From Nymphaea colorata (Eukaryota), in assembly GCF_008831285.2 (NCBI RefSeq), contig NC_045138.2, positions 7,192,001-7,256,000 on the forward strand: 64,000 nucleotides of DNA, in the 5' to 3' direction. Under the pieces are notes generated by a model. The model saw nothing but the letters and a program-made list of their open reading frames with translations. It made no database searches and was not told where the DNA came from. How positions within the stretch are numbered: position 1 is the stretch's first letter; each line of letters starts with the position of its first letter. Made by a program: the position numbers and the translations under genes. Shown piece by piece: positions 12,601 through 27,359 of the stretch.

Positions 12601-15424
12601 AAAAAGAAGTTACCATGTACTAGCACTTTAGTACTATAAAGCTTCAAATAAATGCATTCTTGCTAATACGAATTTTAGTTCAAGAGTGTTATGTTACATC
12701 CCTTGAGCCTATATTAAAAACAAATTTATTTTCTTAAGAAAGAGAAGAAAATGAAGCATTATTCAATAGTTTCCTATAATGATCTTTGAATCTAGAATGA
12801 CAACAAATACTACAGTATGATCAAATCCAAAAGCAAATATGATAACATATATTGGAACCAAAGCAAACAGGATATGATCTTTTTTTTTCACATATCCAAA
12901 CAAGTTTTAAATATGAAGCTAAACTTTATGTAATGTGGATTTCATAAATTCAAATATAGAAATTCAGATCATATCAACATAGATCCAAACACAACAATAA
13001 AAAAAGATAATAAATATCTCGTCCCAAAACACAATCTAGCTTTCTTAAGTCAACACCAAAGATTTTTTTTCATTTTTCATATGATGCAAGTCGAAATTCA
13101 CACCCGTAGTCATCTTTAATAAGGGCAAATAAAATTTCAAGTACTAGAATATTTAGTACAACAGACCTTCAAATAAGATATTTCATTATGCTTAAGTGTG
13201 TTAACTGCAGGCAAAAAAGACAAACATGATGATATATTGGATTCAATGTAAGTACATGTATTTGGAGCCAATGATCGAAACAAGTTAGCTTAGATCCAAA
13301 TCTATCATGAACTAAGCATAATGCCATATGTATCTCACCATGTCTAAGAGTCTGAGCAAATCAACATACAATAATATAATCATTCCTTTTAACTATGATA
13401 AACATACAATAATGTAATCTTTGTCTCAGGATATTCTTTCATAAGGAGCAAAAGAAATTCTTTTTTTAGCACTTTAGTGCTACTCACTTAAAAATTGTAC
13501 AACTTGTAAAATCATTAGATCTAAAAATCAATGCATATCATGATATGTTTAGGTCTAACATAGCCAAGATCTTAATCTTGAACAAAAGGCGTAAACGAGT
13601 CAAATCAAATCATGGTCCAAAAAGGTTCAATGTTTACCGTGAGATCCAAATTCAACAGCCAAATGAACATATAAAACAAAATTTTGGTCATAACTAATAT
13701 CAACATAGAGCTAAATTGACAACGAATATCCATAAGGTATGCATTATAGCATATATTTGAACCAATATAAATAAGATATGAATTTTTTAACCAATGTCCA
13801 AACAAATTCAGACCTTCAAGAATTTAAGGTTCAACATATATGGATACACCCTCAACCACATCCAACCATACAATAGGCATGAGTGTGCAACATGTAGAGA
13901 TTCAAAAATACAAAGTGGATAATAGTCAGATCCAAAACCAAAAAGCTCATGGCATCCACATCATTACAATCACAGATCTGGATATAATAATACCCACAAT
14001 ATAACCAATAATGATTTGAACAAGAAAGCATATTTCACTTCAGATAGTATAAACCTAGATTCAACAAAAACATTCAAATCGCAACTAGAATTTTAGTTAG
14101 TAAAAAGAGATTGACATTCCTTATCAAATTCATTTCATTGTGTTCATTTTTCTTTATATCAACACATCCAAATCCAACACCATTTCGATTCTCTTCAAGT
14201 CAAGGCGCGAGGAAAACCTTGCTACCGGTGAGGGAGACTCCAATGATTCTCACTACTCTGTCCTCCTTCTCGCGGAAGCAACAGGTGCAGTGGCTCAAAC
14301 TCTCAACGAGGTGCAAGAAGCTCTAAGGAGGAAGACGGTAGCCGAGGCGAGAGGCAAGTGAGTGCTCACGCCTGCTAAACTTCATTTGCTAGACCCAAAA
14401 AAATAGACGGCTGAACAATAGGTGCTCTCAAATCCTCTGAACAGGGGCTTGGGTCGTGTCAGAAAAAAAAAAAAGGAGCACCGGTTGGGTTTCCCTTGGC
14501 TGTGATGGACAAGACAAAAAACAAAAAAAAAATGACGAGAGAGACGGCCAACAACTGAAGCAACTATCAAATACTTTCTGCTATGGTTTTGGGTCTCTGC
14601 TAGAAGAGAAGACCGAACAGAGCAGCCGCGGGTTTTCGGTTGTTCCAGAGTGTCTGGTTTAAAGAAGAAGAAAAAAAATTTACCAGAGGCTTCAAATCGC
14701 AGGTTACAACAAAAAGGTAATCGTGTCTCTCTTGTCTAGCGCATATGCCCTTTCAGATTTTTATTGTTCTCAGTGTTTTTCCTTTCCGAGACTGACATCA
14801 GGATCGTTGACAGGGGTCTAGAGATCAATTCCATTTTATGTTTCTCTCAACCTCAGAGATACATAACACAGAGCACAGCATTATATATCAAATCCAAAAA
14901 AAAGGAACGCTTTTCTATTCTGTCTAGCATGGTTCGATGCAAACTGTCTAGTATGTTTCATGTAAACTTTCTAGCATGCTTCATGTAAACAGTCTAGGCA
15001 TGCTTCATATTCAGAGATACATATTTGAACTGCATGATAAGAAAGACGATGTTCGTATGTGCACACGTAGCGTTCATCATAGGCAACACAGAGGTATGCT
15101 TTTACTTGCTTGAATTCAACAACCTGGCTCTGAGACCACTGATAGCACCTTTGTGTTGCAGCAACAGCGGAAACAGCAGCAGTGTCTCAGCGTGAAGAGG
15201 CAGCACCTGTGACAAATAGAGGAGAAAATTAAAGATCCTACTTGCAGTTACAAGATCAATGGGTAGGGCTCTTGGCCACTATCCAACAGCCGGTGAGGGA
15301 GATGGTGGTGGTCGGCGGCAGCTGTCTGTTCAGGATTGCCCGTGGCTACGCCATTGCGAGGACTCACCGGTTTGATGCAAACATGACCACTATCGAGTAC
15401 AATGTCTATGTCGTCCTTTATGAG
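9685..15424 (+). pseudogene. DIR: Dirigent pseudogene type B, split by an LTR element (5' part 9685-10123, 3' part 15289-15424)
   Basis: Dirigent motifs run to ...GRNTAMRP and resume as PVREMVVVGGSCLFRIARGY at 15290. The stop codon is changed TAG>GAG and the TATA box is changed to TATAAGTA. Confidence 0.92.
10124..15288 (-). mobile_element. Non-autonomous or heavily decayed short-LTR retrotransposon (Copia-like)
   Basis: Perfect 5-bp TSD GCCGG (10119-10123 and 15289-15293). TG...CA termini with LTRs at 10124-10408 and 15140-15288. iMet-type PBS TGGTCTCAGAGCC (minus, 15126-15138) and PPT AAGTGGGAGA (minus, 10409-10418). No long internal ORF. Confidence 0.9.
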
Positions 15425-17124
15425 TTAATTAGAAGAGGCCACATGGCTGCAATGGAATATATCCCAATATTTTTCCTTTGTAGGTTCATCCTGTTGTTGT
15501 TGTTTGTGATCATGTTATATTATTCTTTAATAATATTTATACGAATAAAATAATTAATTATTTGGAGATTTTAAGTTACTCTTGACTATCCCGACATAAA
15601 TTGAACTCTTGATTGTAGGGGTGGAGCCAAAAATTTTATCTCGTTCGCTGTTGGTTGACAAACAAACTGCGAAGAGGCCAAAATATTTTTTGAATCCTTT
15701 AAATGTGCAAAAACTTTGTTTTTGACGAATTTAGTTAGATCAAGGGAAGAAAAGCGGAAAAGTGCAATATTCTACTACTTATAATATCCCTACATAAAAC
15801 TTGTAATAAGATAAAAGCATAAATCATTATACTATTGTCTTTGCCTTTCTATCTTAGACCATGTCTAGCTCCATATTTTACCTCAAATCTCATCGTGTGA
15901 TATTATGTTGAATGGCAACTTGTGTTGCTTACCACAATGAGATGGAGAATAAAGATGAAAAAAATTTGTCAATGACATCGTAGCAGAAATTTGCGAGTTA
16001 TTATGAAACTAGTAACATGAAAAACATCGCTAAGATTATGTTACTAATAATTTTAATGGAGAAATAAGCATGCGTCAGTGAGTTTGGTAGAGGAGAAAAT
16101 AGCTTCAGGAAAAGTGTGAAAGAAGATAACTTTATTTAGTCCAAGATGCTTTCCCATAATGAAATTATGATTAGACAAAGTAAAACCACTTAGTTGCTGA
16201 TAAAACATGTTTTTGTAAGTATATCAAATTTTAGGTGCAACTTTGGTGAAAGAATGAGTCGTCTGCTGTTGGAGATGATGGGATGCTAGGGAATGCCCAA
16301 AGAAGAGGAAAAGGGAACACAAGGAAACACTTTTTATAGCACGACAAACGTATTGGTTTTTTAAAAATTCAAATTGCCACTTTTCAAGGATCACTCCTGA
16401 CGACCTTCTTGTAGGGCTTCACAATTGAGTCACGCCAATGCAGGGTCAACTCGAACTCGCTCAAGAAAACTTGGCTCACGCTCAACTCGTTTGTAAACGA
16501 ATCGAGTTCGAACTTACAAGGATATGCGAAACGATAAATGAGTCGAGTTCGCGTTTCAAGAACTCAAATCATTTATACTCAACTCGACTCACAAACCGAT
16601 ACTCTACATATATATTGCCAATATCGGTTTCACTAGTAACACGAGATAATGCTTACACGAGTTAAATACTTGCACCAGTTAAATGAGATACACGATTTAA
16701 CAGTTATGTGAGTTAAAATAATTAATGCTTACACTAGTTAAATGGGTTAAACGAGTCGAGTTCGAGCTCGATTAGTTGAACGAGTCGACTCATAAGCGAG
16801 TTCGAGCTGCATCGTGTGTTGAACGAGGCAAGCTCGAGTTCACGAGTCGACTCGTTCAACTAATCGAGTCGAGTTTGAGTTCACTGAACTTGAACCGTTA
16901 AAGCTCAACTCGGCTCAAAAGTGTCACTGACTTCTTTTAAAATTAAAAAAAGGGTTTTCAAAAACGTCTCAAGTGGGAAACTCTCTTTTCAGTTTTCACT
17001 TTTCACTTTCCTTTTTGTTCTTCCTCTTTCGTCTCGAAACTTCTCCCTCTCTCGTTTTGAAACCTTTTCCCCCATTGCAACCCTAACCTAACTCCTAAGA
17101 TCCTCTGCCCGTGGGCTGCTTCAT

Positions 17125-17315
17125 CCTTCAGCCTTCAAGGTTCCTGTCACAGCGGCAGCTCCGCTTCAACCTTCAGCCTTCAAGGTTCCTGTCATAGCGG
17201 CAGCTCCGCTTCAGCCTTCAAGGTTCTTGTTGCAGTGGCAGCTCCGCTTCAGCCTTCAGCATTCAAGGTTCCTATCTCAGCCGACAGCTCCGCTTCAACC
17301 TTCAAGGTTCCTGCC
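17125..17315 (+). repeat. Minisatellite with 38-44 bp units inside the hAT element
   Basis: About 5 repeats of TTCAGCCTTCAAGGTTCCTGT...GCAGCTCCGC. Confidence 0.85.
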
Positions 17316-19080
17316 TGTGCCTGCAGCAATAAGGGCAAGTTTCCTGTGTGCATGTAAGTAGTTCTCTCTCTCTCTCTCTTGCTTTCTTTCTGCATTTTAT
17401 TCAGCAAAGAGGGCAGGTTCTCTTTGTCACGTATCATTGAAGGCACATGGGCTGGGGAGGAAAACGTTTGTAGTAAAAGAGAATTTGAACACCTGCCTCA
17501 AGATTGGCTTTAGGTAAAAGAGAATTTCTTTTTGTCTTTCGATTCTGTTTCTTTTCTCTTCCTTTACGCACAGAGTTCTTTCTTTGTTTTTTGCTTATCT
17601 TTCTTTTCTAATATTGAAATATTTTTGCATCTCATTCTTTTGTTTTATCTCAAACTAATCACTAAGATTGACCTCTCTCACTCTCTCTCTCAGCAATAGA
17701 AACCTTGAATATTAAAATCTTTTGCATCTCATTCTACAATGTTGTGCTCATAGTGTCCTCAATCCTCTTCATTCTAATGTTCTACATTGGAACATATAAA
17801 TATTTTCACAATGATTTACATTTGTGTCATTTTATTTAGATCGTATGTCGTGTTGAGAGACAGTATGCTGCAAATTTGCATGGGATCATATCTCCACATT
17901 TCTGTTCAAGTTTCTAAAAATAATGAAATTGTATCTTTTATGTTCTGTTATCATTGATATCTTTTTTGTTCTAGGGAGAAGATATTGAGGATATTGAAAT
18001 ATTGCGAGACATTTTCAGGATTTTTCCTACTTACCGGGACAGGTGTGGATTCATTCAATGTCAAAAATCAAATTCTAGATTCACCTCCTTTTATGTTATT
18101 TATGCAGATAGCATCCTTGCAATTTTTCCACTTGGTGATATTTACTCTGTTTCCAAAACTTTGGATGTCATTTCATGAACCGTTACAGTTTGTTTGTTAA
18201 CGAATATCTGCTTAAGTTTTTTGCTTTATTTTCTTATTTACATGAAATTTTTTCTTTACTTTTTATGTTGTGTATCCTAATATTTCTATCATTTGCTCGA
18301 TGTTGAAGCATATTTAATTTTTTCTCTTAAAATGCCATATTAAAAATTTTGCCCAATGATGAATTATTGGTAATAGTTCAAATTCTCAAGAAACATCTGT
18401 GCATGAATTATTGACAGTAATTTAGGTTATAAATAAACATATACTGTTGAACTTGGTAAAATCTCAATTTTGCTGATTTTTATTTTGTTTGATTCCAGAT
18501 ACAAAATCATTATCATGTGCTCCTTCTTAAAAGACAAAGTTTGCATGTCATGGCCTGAGTTTCTTCTTGTTTCCTTCCTTTTAATGTGTAGTTTCTTGTA
18601 AGATCATTATTATAGCTCCACTGTCTTGCTTCCGTTGCTTCCCCTCCTCCCCCCCACCCACCCCCACTCCTACTAGGGGATGCTTCACCATTTAGGCAGA
18701 TTTCCAATTTTTGGTTTTTGATATTTTTTTCTTTGTAGTCATGGCTGCAAGATGGATTTTTTTTATTCTATGTTCTGCTGCATGATCTTTTAGAGAACCA
18801 TCATATTGCTTTTGCATCGCTGTTTTTCATATTCTTACTGAAAAGACAATCAAGAACTTTAGCATTTTATGAATACGATTTCATATTTCTTAGATTGTAA
18901 TATGTTTCTATCAAATTTCATGTTCAAATAAGAGAATAGCTTGAGCAAAAGGGAAAATTACTTGTTTGAAGAATCACAAATTTAAAAAGAAATATCATTG
19001 ATAAGGGCAAGCAAGTATGTGATTCAAGACAAAGCTCAGATAATGTCCCAGTCGGAGTACATTCCTCTAATGAAACTCCT

Positions 19081-20962
19081 ATGGATTCGCAAGACACTAA
19101 AAATGAAGGAGTATCAATAGATGCTCAAGAAGCACGTGTAATTGGTGCAAAAAGATCAAGAGCAAAGACTTATACAATACAGAATGATTTTGATGAGGTA
19201 ATTATAAGTGGTATGAAAAAAGACAAATGTAAGCACTGCAGTACACTATTATTTATGATAAGTACAGGAGGATCTACATCATCAATGTGTGTTTAACATG
19301 TTTTGCTAACAAAAAACAAGCGATTTTAAGTTTTAAATTCGAAAATACTTTAGATGTCACAAAGAAGCTTATGAAAATGGTTCCAACATTGATGTTTAAT
19401 CAATAAGAAAGACAACTGCAAAATTAGTGGCAACAGGAGAGCACACTTTTTATATAGTGGATAATTGTTGGTTTAGGTTCCTTCTTAAGCTTGGTTTTCC
19501 TAATTGGGTGCCAGTTTCAAGAATGGCAGTTAGGAAAGATGTCATTAAATTGTATGAAGATGAAAATAAGAAATTGAAAGAAGTCTTGAAGGGTGTTGAT
19601 AAGTTTGCTTTGACTACAAATATGATATATGACGTTAACAACACGATAAAGAGTGGAATACAACAACGTATCATCAACTTTACTGAAGTTGAGCCACCTC
19701 ATATTGGGTTGGTTTTATTTAATGTAATTGCTAAGCATCTTGCAGATTGGGAGATTGAAAAGAAAATATTACAGTTGACAACACTTCATCAAATGATGTT
19801 CTTATCAGAAAATTAAAAGAAAACATGGAAAAAGCGGCGTCAACTTATATTATGGAGGTTTTTCATGTGCGATGTTGTGCACATATTTTGAATCTGATGG
19901 TACAAGTTAGTTGAGTGCCATTGAAGATGAAATCATTAGCATTAGAGATGCAATAAAGTATATCAAAGTTTCACCTTCAAGACTCCATGATTTTGTAGTT
20001 GTAACTAGAGGGTTAGAAATTTCAACGACAAAGAAGTTAGTGTTAGATGTATCAACTCGATGGAATTCAACATATTTTATTGTTGGAAACAACTCTTGCA
20101 TATAAAGATGCTTTTGCAAGATATAGCATGGAACACCCATGCTTGATATGGTTTATTGGACGTGAGGATTGAGAAAAAAATAGCAGTAATGTGTGATTTT
20201 CTTCAAGTTTTATATGATTTTGTCTCCACCTTATTTTCTGGGTCATCTTATGCAACAACGAACTTGTATTTTCTTGAAATTGGGAGAGTTCAAGAAATAT
20301 TGTAGGAAAATGTTGAAAATGAAGGTGGATTTATGAAGGCAATGGCAATGCAAATGAAAGAGAAAGTTGATAAATATTGGAAATCTTGTAACTTGTTAAT
20401 GAACATTGCATCCATTTTGGATCCACAGGGAAAACTCACATTATCAAAATTTATCATTTCAAAAATCTACCAGTCAAGAGAAGAAAAGAAAGAACAAATG
20501 GAAATGATAAAACAATCTTGACAAGATGTTTATGAAACTTACATTCAAAGAATGGAAGTGGTTGCTAATATTTCTACCATATCAACTAATTCCTCCAATA
20601 TTCAAGGTCGAGAGAGTCGAGACACACTACGCGGTAGGAGAAAGCTATTTTTTAAGTTCTTAGGTAAAGCTGAGAATGTTGTTTTTCAAGTCACCAAATC
20701 TGAGATAGACACGTATTTGGAGGATGGATTGATTAAGCATAATGATAATGGTGATGAAGATTCTATTAATATTTTGCAATGGTGGAAGGATAAGGAATCC
20801 AAGTATGAAATTCTTTCAAAAATGACACGTGAACTGTTGTCAGTTCCAATAACTTTTGTTGCTTCTAAAAAAGCTTTTAGTATAGGAGATCGAATTCTTA
20901 ATGATAGTCGTAGTTCATTGATACAAAAAACAGTTGAAGCTTTGGTTTGTTTGAATAATTGA
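19081..20962 (+). pseudogene. hAT transposase (BED finger, RICESLEEPER/DAYSLEEPER-like), frameshifted
   Basis: KCKHC BED remnant, FHVRCCAHILNLMVQ near 19860, LDVSTRWNSTY, and a C-terminal dimerisation domain LQWWK...LSVPIT...AFS...SRSSL...VEALVC. Split over at least five ORFs. Confidence 0.92.
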
Positions 20963-23492
20963 GTAAAGAATGATGGTGATCCGCTGCATGAAGTGTTAAC
21001 AAAAGTAAGTATATTTTGAAGAAATTGTATTCATTAAATATTTTATGAATCATTGGTTAATTGACTATATGTACTTTTTTCAGGTTGATGACGAATCAAG
21101 TGAATATGTATCATTAGAATGATTCAAGTTGCCTCTTGGTAATACTTGTTTTTTTTCGTTCTTTTGTTTTCTTCTTTTCTTGATCTAATGTGATTTTGGT
21201 GTCTGTTTTCGTTACCTCTTGCAATTTTTTGCTTTGATGTTCAATGTTCATGGATCATGATTGTGTGAAGAGCTTCTGCGTGCGTGCATGTGGATGACAT
21301 TTCTCTTTATTTGTTTCCTGTTATCAGCCTTTCTCAGGATATAAAAGAATTTTGATTTTTAGTACTTTGGAAGCTAGCATCAACTATGTCATTCACACAC
21401 ATTTATTTTTAAAGAAATGAGATGCTTTCAGTTAGATTCTAAATAATGTGTAAGGCTTAATATCTTTTATATTCATAAATAACTTCAAATCATCACAAGA
21501 TACTAGCACCAATTCAGTTCTCAATTTAACATATGCACATTTTCAATCCTAAATAGTGGCATGTAATGATTACTTGGAGTTTGTTGGTTGCACATTCTAA
21601 AGCATTTGTGTATTGTTGGTTGTAGAATGTTTTAGAATAATCTTGTTGGGGCAGTGGTCTTTATCTCACTATCTTCTACATGATGTGAGTATGTGAATTC
21701 GAGCAAGTGATACAATTTCTTAACTTTCCTTCACCTTTTAATGAATGTTCTTGCTGCAGTGTTTATGATCATTGTGCACTAATTCATTTTTTAAATTTGA
21801 CAATAATGTGACATAGCCTTTCTTCGATGTTATTCAGGAGTTTGCTGTTATTGTGGCCAGTGGAAGGGGTGGTTCATTTTCATGTTTTGGTTCCTTGAGA
21901 GGAGAGAGGGTTCTCAAAACATAGTTGTTGTTGCAATTTAATAATGTTAAGTTATTTATAAATGTCAGGATGGCTTGTTCATGTTGATTGTTGAATGAGA
22001 ATAGGTATGATCATTGTCTCTTCAACCTAAACCAGGAATTACACAGATGATTCTTTGCCATGCACAAGCAAGAGTTTTACAACCACATCTTTCTGTCTCA
22101 TTGTCCTTGTAACCATTCAAAAACTAAAATGATTCTCTCTGCAACTCTAGGGCTTGGAGCTAAGATTTCCTTTTTTACACCTTTTTGATTGGGCATCAGA
22201 AAGAAAAGAAATGAGTAAGACGAGTCATTTGTACATTTGTTCACATATTTTTACATATTTCTGAACAATCTAATTATGTAGATATGTCATTCATGCCCAA
22301 ATTAATTGTGATTGGCGGCATGAGAGGTGTTGCTTAAGATATATTTTGATAACGATGCATGTTGTTACTTTCTTAGTGGCATAAGCTCTTCTTTGGCTGG
22401 ATTAATGTCAAATCCATTATCTATGTTGAGGTTGTTTGACAAAGAATTAATAATAATTCAAACGAGTTTGTTGAGCCTTAATAGAACTTGAGCTCAAGCT
22501 TAACAAGTAACGATGAGTATCAAACGAGTTTGTCGAGCTTAATCGAGTCGAGCTCAAGCTCAACACGTGACTATCGAGTCAAGTTCAAGCCACTGTAGTT
22601 GATCTATTTTCGAGCTCGAGCCCAGTTGAGCTTGATATTATATTTAGTCAAGCCGAGCTCGAGCTGACTGAACTCAGGCTCGACTCTGCTCGTGTTCACC
22701 CCTATTCTCGTCGTTCACTTATTTATATATAGTGCACCTCAATCATTTTAATATTATTTTAAATTTTAATTTTTTAAAAGATATATAGTTTCAAAAAAAC
22801 TTCTACCTCCGCCGCTAACTTATGGCCAGGGGAAAAGGCAATGTAGATTTTTCTTCCCTAGTTTCCTCGTTTTCTCTAGAAAATTTTGCCAGGAGACCAG
22901 GCCTGCACATTTTTGTTATCTTAGTTGAATATTCTTTTGTTGTTCCCCCACTTTCTCTTGAAAAATTACGAACTAACTCTACAACTTGGGGGCTGGGAGA
23001 CTAGGCGTGCATATTTTTGCTATCTTAGTCGCATTTTGTATCATTGTTTCCCACTTTCTCTGGAAAAGTTATGTGCAGCTGACTCAAATATTGGTCCTGG
23101 AGGAAGACCAGGTGTGCACATTTTAGCAATTTTGGTTGGAGTTTTCTTCCCATACTCATGGATGCAGACTTTTCATTTTGATCATTTCCGTTTTCAAACA
23201 TCTAATTATGTGGACGAATTCAATAACGAAAAAAAATATGAAGTGCATAAATAGAGCTGCATAAATATGAAGACATTAATTTTCCTGTTTGGTACTTTTA
23301 AGGTTTTTTTTTTCAAAAATCTAACAACACAAATGCATGGAAAATGTCTGAATATAAGCAAAAAACTTTGAAAATTTGATGTACAGATCAGACTCTTGAG
23401 CTGAGAAATCTAAAAGTATCGATATTCACATCCCTGCATACGTTCCAATATATGCATCTTCCACGTCCATTGTACAGTTGAATTTGCAAAAG

Positions 23493-23613
<121 letters not shown>

Positions 23614-23853
23614 ATGATGACTCCAGCTATCCTGAGTCGCCCAACCATATCAAATAAGGGTTCGCCCAACCATATCAAATAAGGGTCGTCCACTTAAAGC
23701 AGATGGATAGTTAAAAGAAAAACAAGAAAAAAATCTGTGAACTATTATTATATGACAAAAATATTTCTCATTTTTTTCTCATTTTTTTTCCTTAACTGAC
23801 AATCATGCTACATTTATGGCCTGATTAGATGGTTAGGTGATGTTATAGTCTCT

Positions 23854-23969
<116 letters not shown>

Positions 23970-23983
23970 TTTGCTTCTCAAAG

Positions 23984-26200
23984 AAACCGATATTGTCAAG
24001 CAGACATAGTTTGTCCATTTAAGTGAAAAAGCTATTATTCTTTCTATCAGGGAGCACCTTTATTTGCTTTCATTACACGGTGAGAAACAAAAGTGGACCA
24101 TACTTGACGTTGTTGAGTTGGGACCCCAAAAAAGCTTTCATATATAAGACCAAGGGCTCCCTTAATATCTGTGTTTTAAGTCATTTTAACCAAACTTAAT
24201 CATATAAGATGACCTATGCATATGGTTGATTTGATCAATTAAGTTCTCCCTCCACATCACATTTTTTTCATGTAAAGAATATATTTTATAAGAATTGTTA
24301 TATATCGTTTCCCTAAATCTGTCTTCTAAGTGTTTTAATATAAACCTTATCATATAAATATATGCAAAATATAAGGAAATGTAAGCACAAAAAGCAATAT
24401 TGAAAATTTAATGTGTAGATTAAGTTTTATGAGTCAAGATTCTGCAGCTGGCTGTTAAATTTTAAGATGTTATAAGATCCCATTTGTGCTTCTATTTTTT
24501 TTTTTTCCTTGTGAAGTACTCCCCTGTATGTCGAATTGTTTTCATATATGCTGCTGGATTTTTGAAAACAGGCCCTTACAGTGTTTCCAGAACTGTGTCT
24601 CTGTCTTATCAATCAGTAAAATTTGGCATACTAATTACCATCTATTTCATATACAACTCAACTTAAATAAAGTAACTAAATATTAAATTTCTTACCTATA
24701 AAGTTGATTCCAAAACATTGAGTCTACACTAAGCACCAATACAAAATCTTAAGCACCAATACAAAAACTTAAAAGCAATGGAAAGGGAGGGTAAACCAAC
24801 TATATATATCATATCTATAAGGCCAAATGTTTAATTTCATTAAAATCATATAAAAAATCTGGTATTTAACTAGGGTTGGCACTAAATGTGATTTTAAAGA
24901 TGATTTCACTAAATGTTGGTAAATTTTGTATACCAGGCAGGAGAGAGAGAGAGAGAGAGAGGTCCTTGTCAAGTCAATGGAAAAGATGTGAAGCCTGTCC
25001 CAGTCAATACGCGAACATAGCCCAGGGCGTAGGCTTGGAGTTGGTGATGAATGAAGGGGTATAACTAGGGTTTGCTAACAACTTTGTCATTATTCAACCT
25101 CAACCATGGTTAGGTCGGCTTCCAAACCCATAGAAGAAAGAAGAAGGACAGAGACAAAATGGACCAAAAAAACACGGACATCTGTTCTTACCCCACTCCC
25201 AGGTCTTCATGTTCTAGAAACCACAGAGAAGAATCATTTATTTTTCTCAGGAACCATGTGATTCTGCTGAATTTGTCAGTCGACAAAAAAAAATATTTTT
25301 TGAACTAAAAAATATGAAAAAAATTGCTCAAAAATAGAAAATAAATTCTTAAATTTATTCAACAAAAATAATCAAATCGAACAAATCAGTTTGATAAAAG
25401 CGTATCAAAACAAAGGTTCGAATTTCATGGTCATTATTTAAAGCAAAAGTCTCGCTCTTTCTTTTTCTCATTTTCCTTCTGCCTCTGTCTATAAATACCG
25501 ACTCCATCAAACACAGACATGCCTCCCCAAACATCAGCTTCTCTGTGAAAGCCACCACAATGGCATCTTCCCTCCTTCCAAAATGCTCCACCACCATCTT
25601 CCTCTCTTGCTTCCTCTTCCTTCTTGCTGCTGCCGTGGATGCCAAACTAGTTCATAGTCAAAGAGTACTCCGCAGGCCGCTGAAGGAGAAGATGTCCCAC
25701 CTCCATTTCTATTTCCACGACATCGTCAGTGGCCGGAACCCGACTGCCGTGACCGTCGCCGTAGCAAAGAACAGCACCTCGCTGACGGGCTTCGGGGATA
25801 TTGTGATGATCGACGACCCCTTGACGGATGGGCCGGAGTTGTCCTCTAAACTGGTGGGAAGAGCCCAGGGGCTGTACGCCTCGGCGGGGCTGCAGGACCT
25901 GAGCTTGCTGATGGCAGTGAACTATGTGTTCATGGAGGGGAAGTACAATGGCAGCAGCTTGAGCATTCTGGGGAGGAACATGGCGATGCGGCCGGTGAGG
26001 GAGATGGCGGTGGTCGGCGGCAGCGGTCTGTTCAGGATGGCCCGTGGCTACGCCGTTGCGAGGACTCACTGGTTTGATGCAAACACGGGAGACGCCACAG
26101 TAGAGTACAATGTCTATGTCGTCCATTATTAATTAGAAGAAGCCATGGCTGATCACATGGAATCCTGAATCCCAAATATAGCTCTTGTCAGTTGGGTCGC
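23984..26200 (+). repeat. Segmental duplication block C (copy at about 33461-41130)
   Basis: AACCGATATTGT(C/A)AAGCAGACATAGTTTGTCC starts a collinear match of about 1.6 kb promoter plus gene plus 3' UTR. Confidence 0.9.
25560..26132 (+). CDS. DIR: Dirigent protein, type C (intact, 190 aa)
   Basis: ATG at 25560 (the track start at 25545 is a GTG). Signal peptide, all dirigent motifs, TATA box at 25490. Confidence 0.95.
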   Translation: MASSLLPKCSTTIFLSCFLFLLAAAVDAKLVHSQRVLRRPLKEKMSHLHFYFHDIVSGRNPTAVTVAVAKNSTSLTGFGDIVMIDDPLTDGPELSSKLVGRAQGLYASAGLQDLSLLMAVNYVFMEGKYNGSSLSILGRNMAMRPVREMAVVGGSGLFRMARGYAVARTHWFDANTGDATVEYNVYVVHY

Positions 26201-27304
26201 GTTTGTTGTTCTTTCTTATGCCCATTTTGCTTATACAGTACCAAGTCTTTTAGCACCTCTCTCTCTCATTGATTAAGTGTAAAGTGTTTCATAAATTCAC
26301 TTCAATATTATGGTAAATTCTTGAAACAAGTATCATATTAATGTCCTCCAAATTTTAAAGTAAATTCATGTAACGTTTACATGATGATCTCGGACTTTAA
26401 AATTGGAGTAAATTGTAGCACATTAGAAAATGTGTCCCAAGAATGTATTTAAATTTTGACAATGTTCTCCTTGCCAAACACTCTCCCAAAGTACCCATCA
26501 AACAGAAAAAGTAAAGTGAAAGGAGGGACGACTTAGATTGTCGTTCTTGACCTTATTCATGTTGTTCATTCATCTTTCCTTTTTCCATCCCTTTTTCCAT
26601 TTTTCATCCGTACGCACGCGCTAAATGCCTGGCGAGTACGGTCCCAAAACTGCTCCCTCTCCATGGAGAATGGGTCTGAATCCAGATCATATGTATCCAA
26701 TTTGAATCAATTAAAACGGTTGTCCTTTAGCCCTGTCCATTAACCGAGCAACAACTGTTACTTTGCTTTTTATCATAAGCCATGTTTGAGAGTCTTGGAT
26801 CTGAGAGTTGAGCGTGATTCTGAATCCACTTTATGTTAAACCCACTGCTTAAACAAAAGGGAATTTCTCAATTAGAGATCTTAAATCTGTGTTACATTAT
26901 GAAAACCACTGGTATGTTCAATTTTTTTTTCACTCCATTTCGATCCATTTTCTTTTTTCTTTCTCTTTCTCTCCCTTTTTAGTGGCCTAAGAAATGTTCT
27001 CTCTCTTCTCTTTGGAACGCCTACACATTCTCATCCTTTTTACCTGGTGGTCCTCTAAAATTGATGACTTGCACGTTCTCCTCTTTGAGGACAGCAAGGT
27101 CTACCGGTTTAATTAGTCTATCAATATTTTTAAAAAATGATTTTCTGTTAAAAAAAGGTAAATGTATAACATTATATATGTATAATTTTTTTAAAAAATC
27201 AGCATCCTTTAAACTTTCGGATTAAAATAGCCTTCTCATGAAACTTGATTTATAATAATAAAAGTCAAAAAAATAAAATTGAACAAATAAACAGAAACAG
27301 CCAT

Positions 27305-27359
<55 letters not shown>

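Larger units (their letters stand above)
16412..22704 (+). mobile_element. hAT DNA transposon, decayed
   Basis: Imperfect TIRs TAGGGCTTCAC and (reverse complement) TAGGGGTGAAC. Dense CGAGTCGAG/GAGCTCGAG subterminal repeats at both ends and an internal transposase. TSD not clearly preserved. Confidence 0.8.

Noticed and set aside
15242..15553. 103-aa LTR-DIR fusion ORF
   Set aside because: Starts at TTG, contains only the last quarter of the domain with damaging substitutions, and the LTR is oriented away from it.
17125..17315. Short repeats with variable interiors resembling a CRISPR array
   Set aside because: Eukaryotic context, no unique spacers and no cas genes; this is a minisatellite within an hAT element.
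19081..20962. Possible domesticated SLEEPER-type gene
   Set aside because: Multiple stops and frameshifts, the conserved ASE.AFS motif is altered, and TIRs and subterminal repeats remain.
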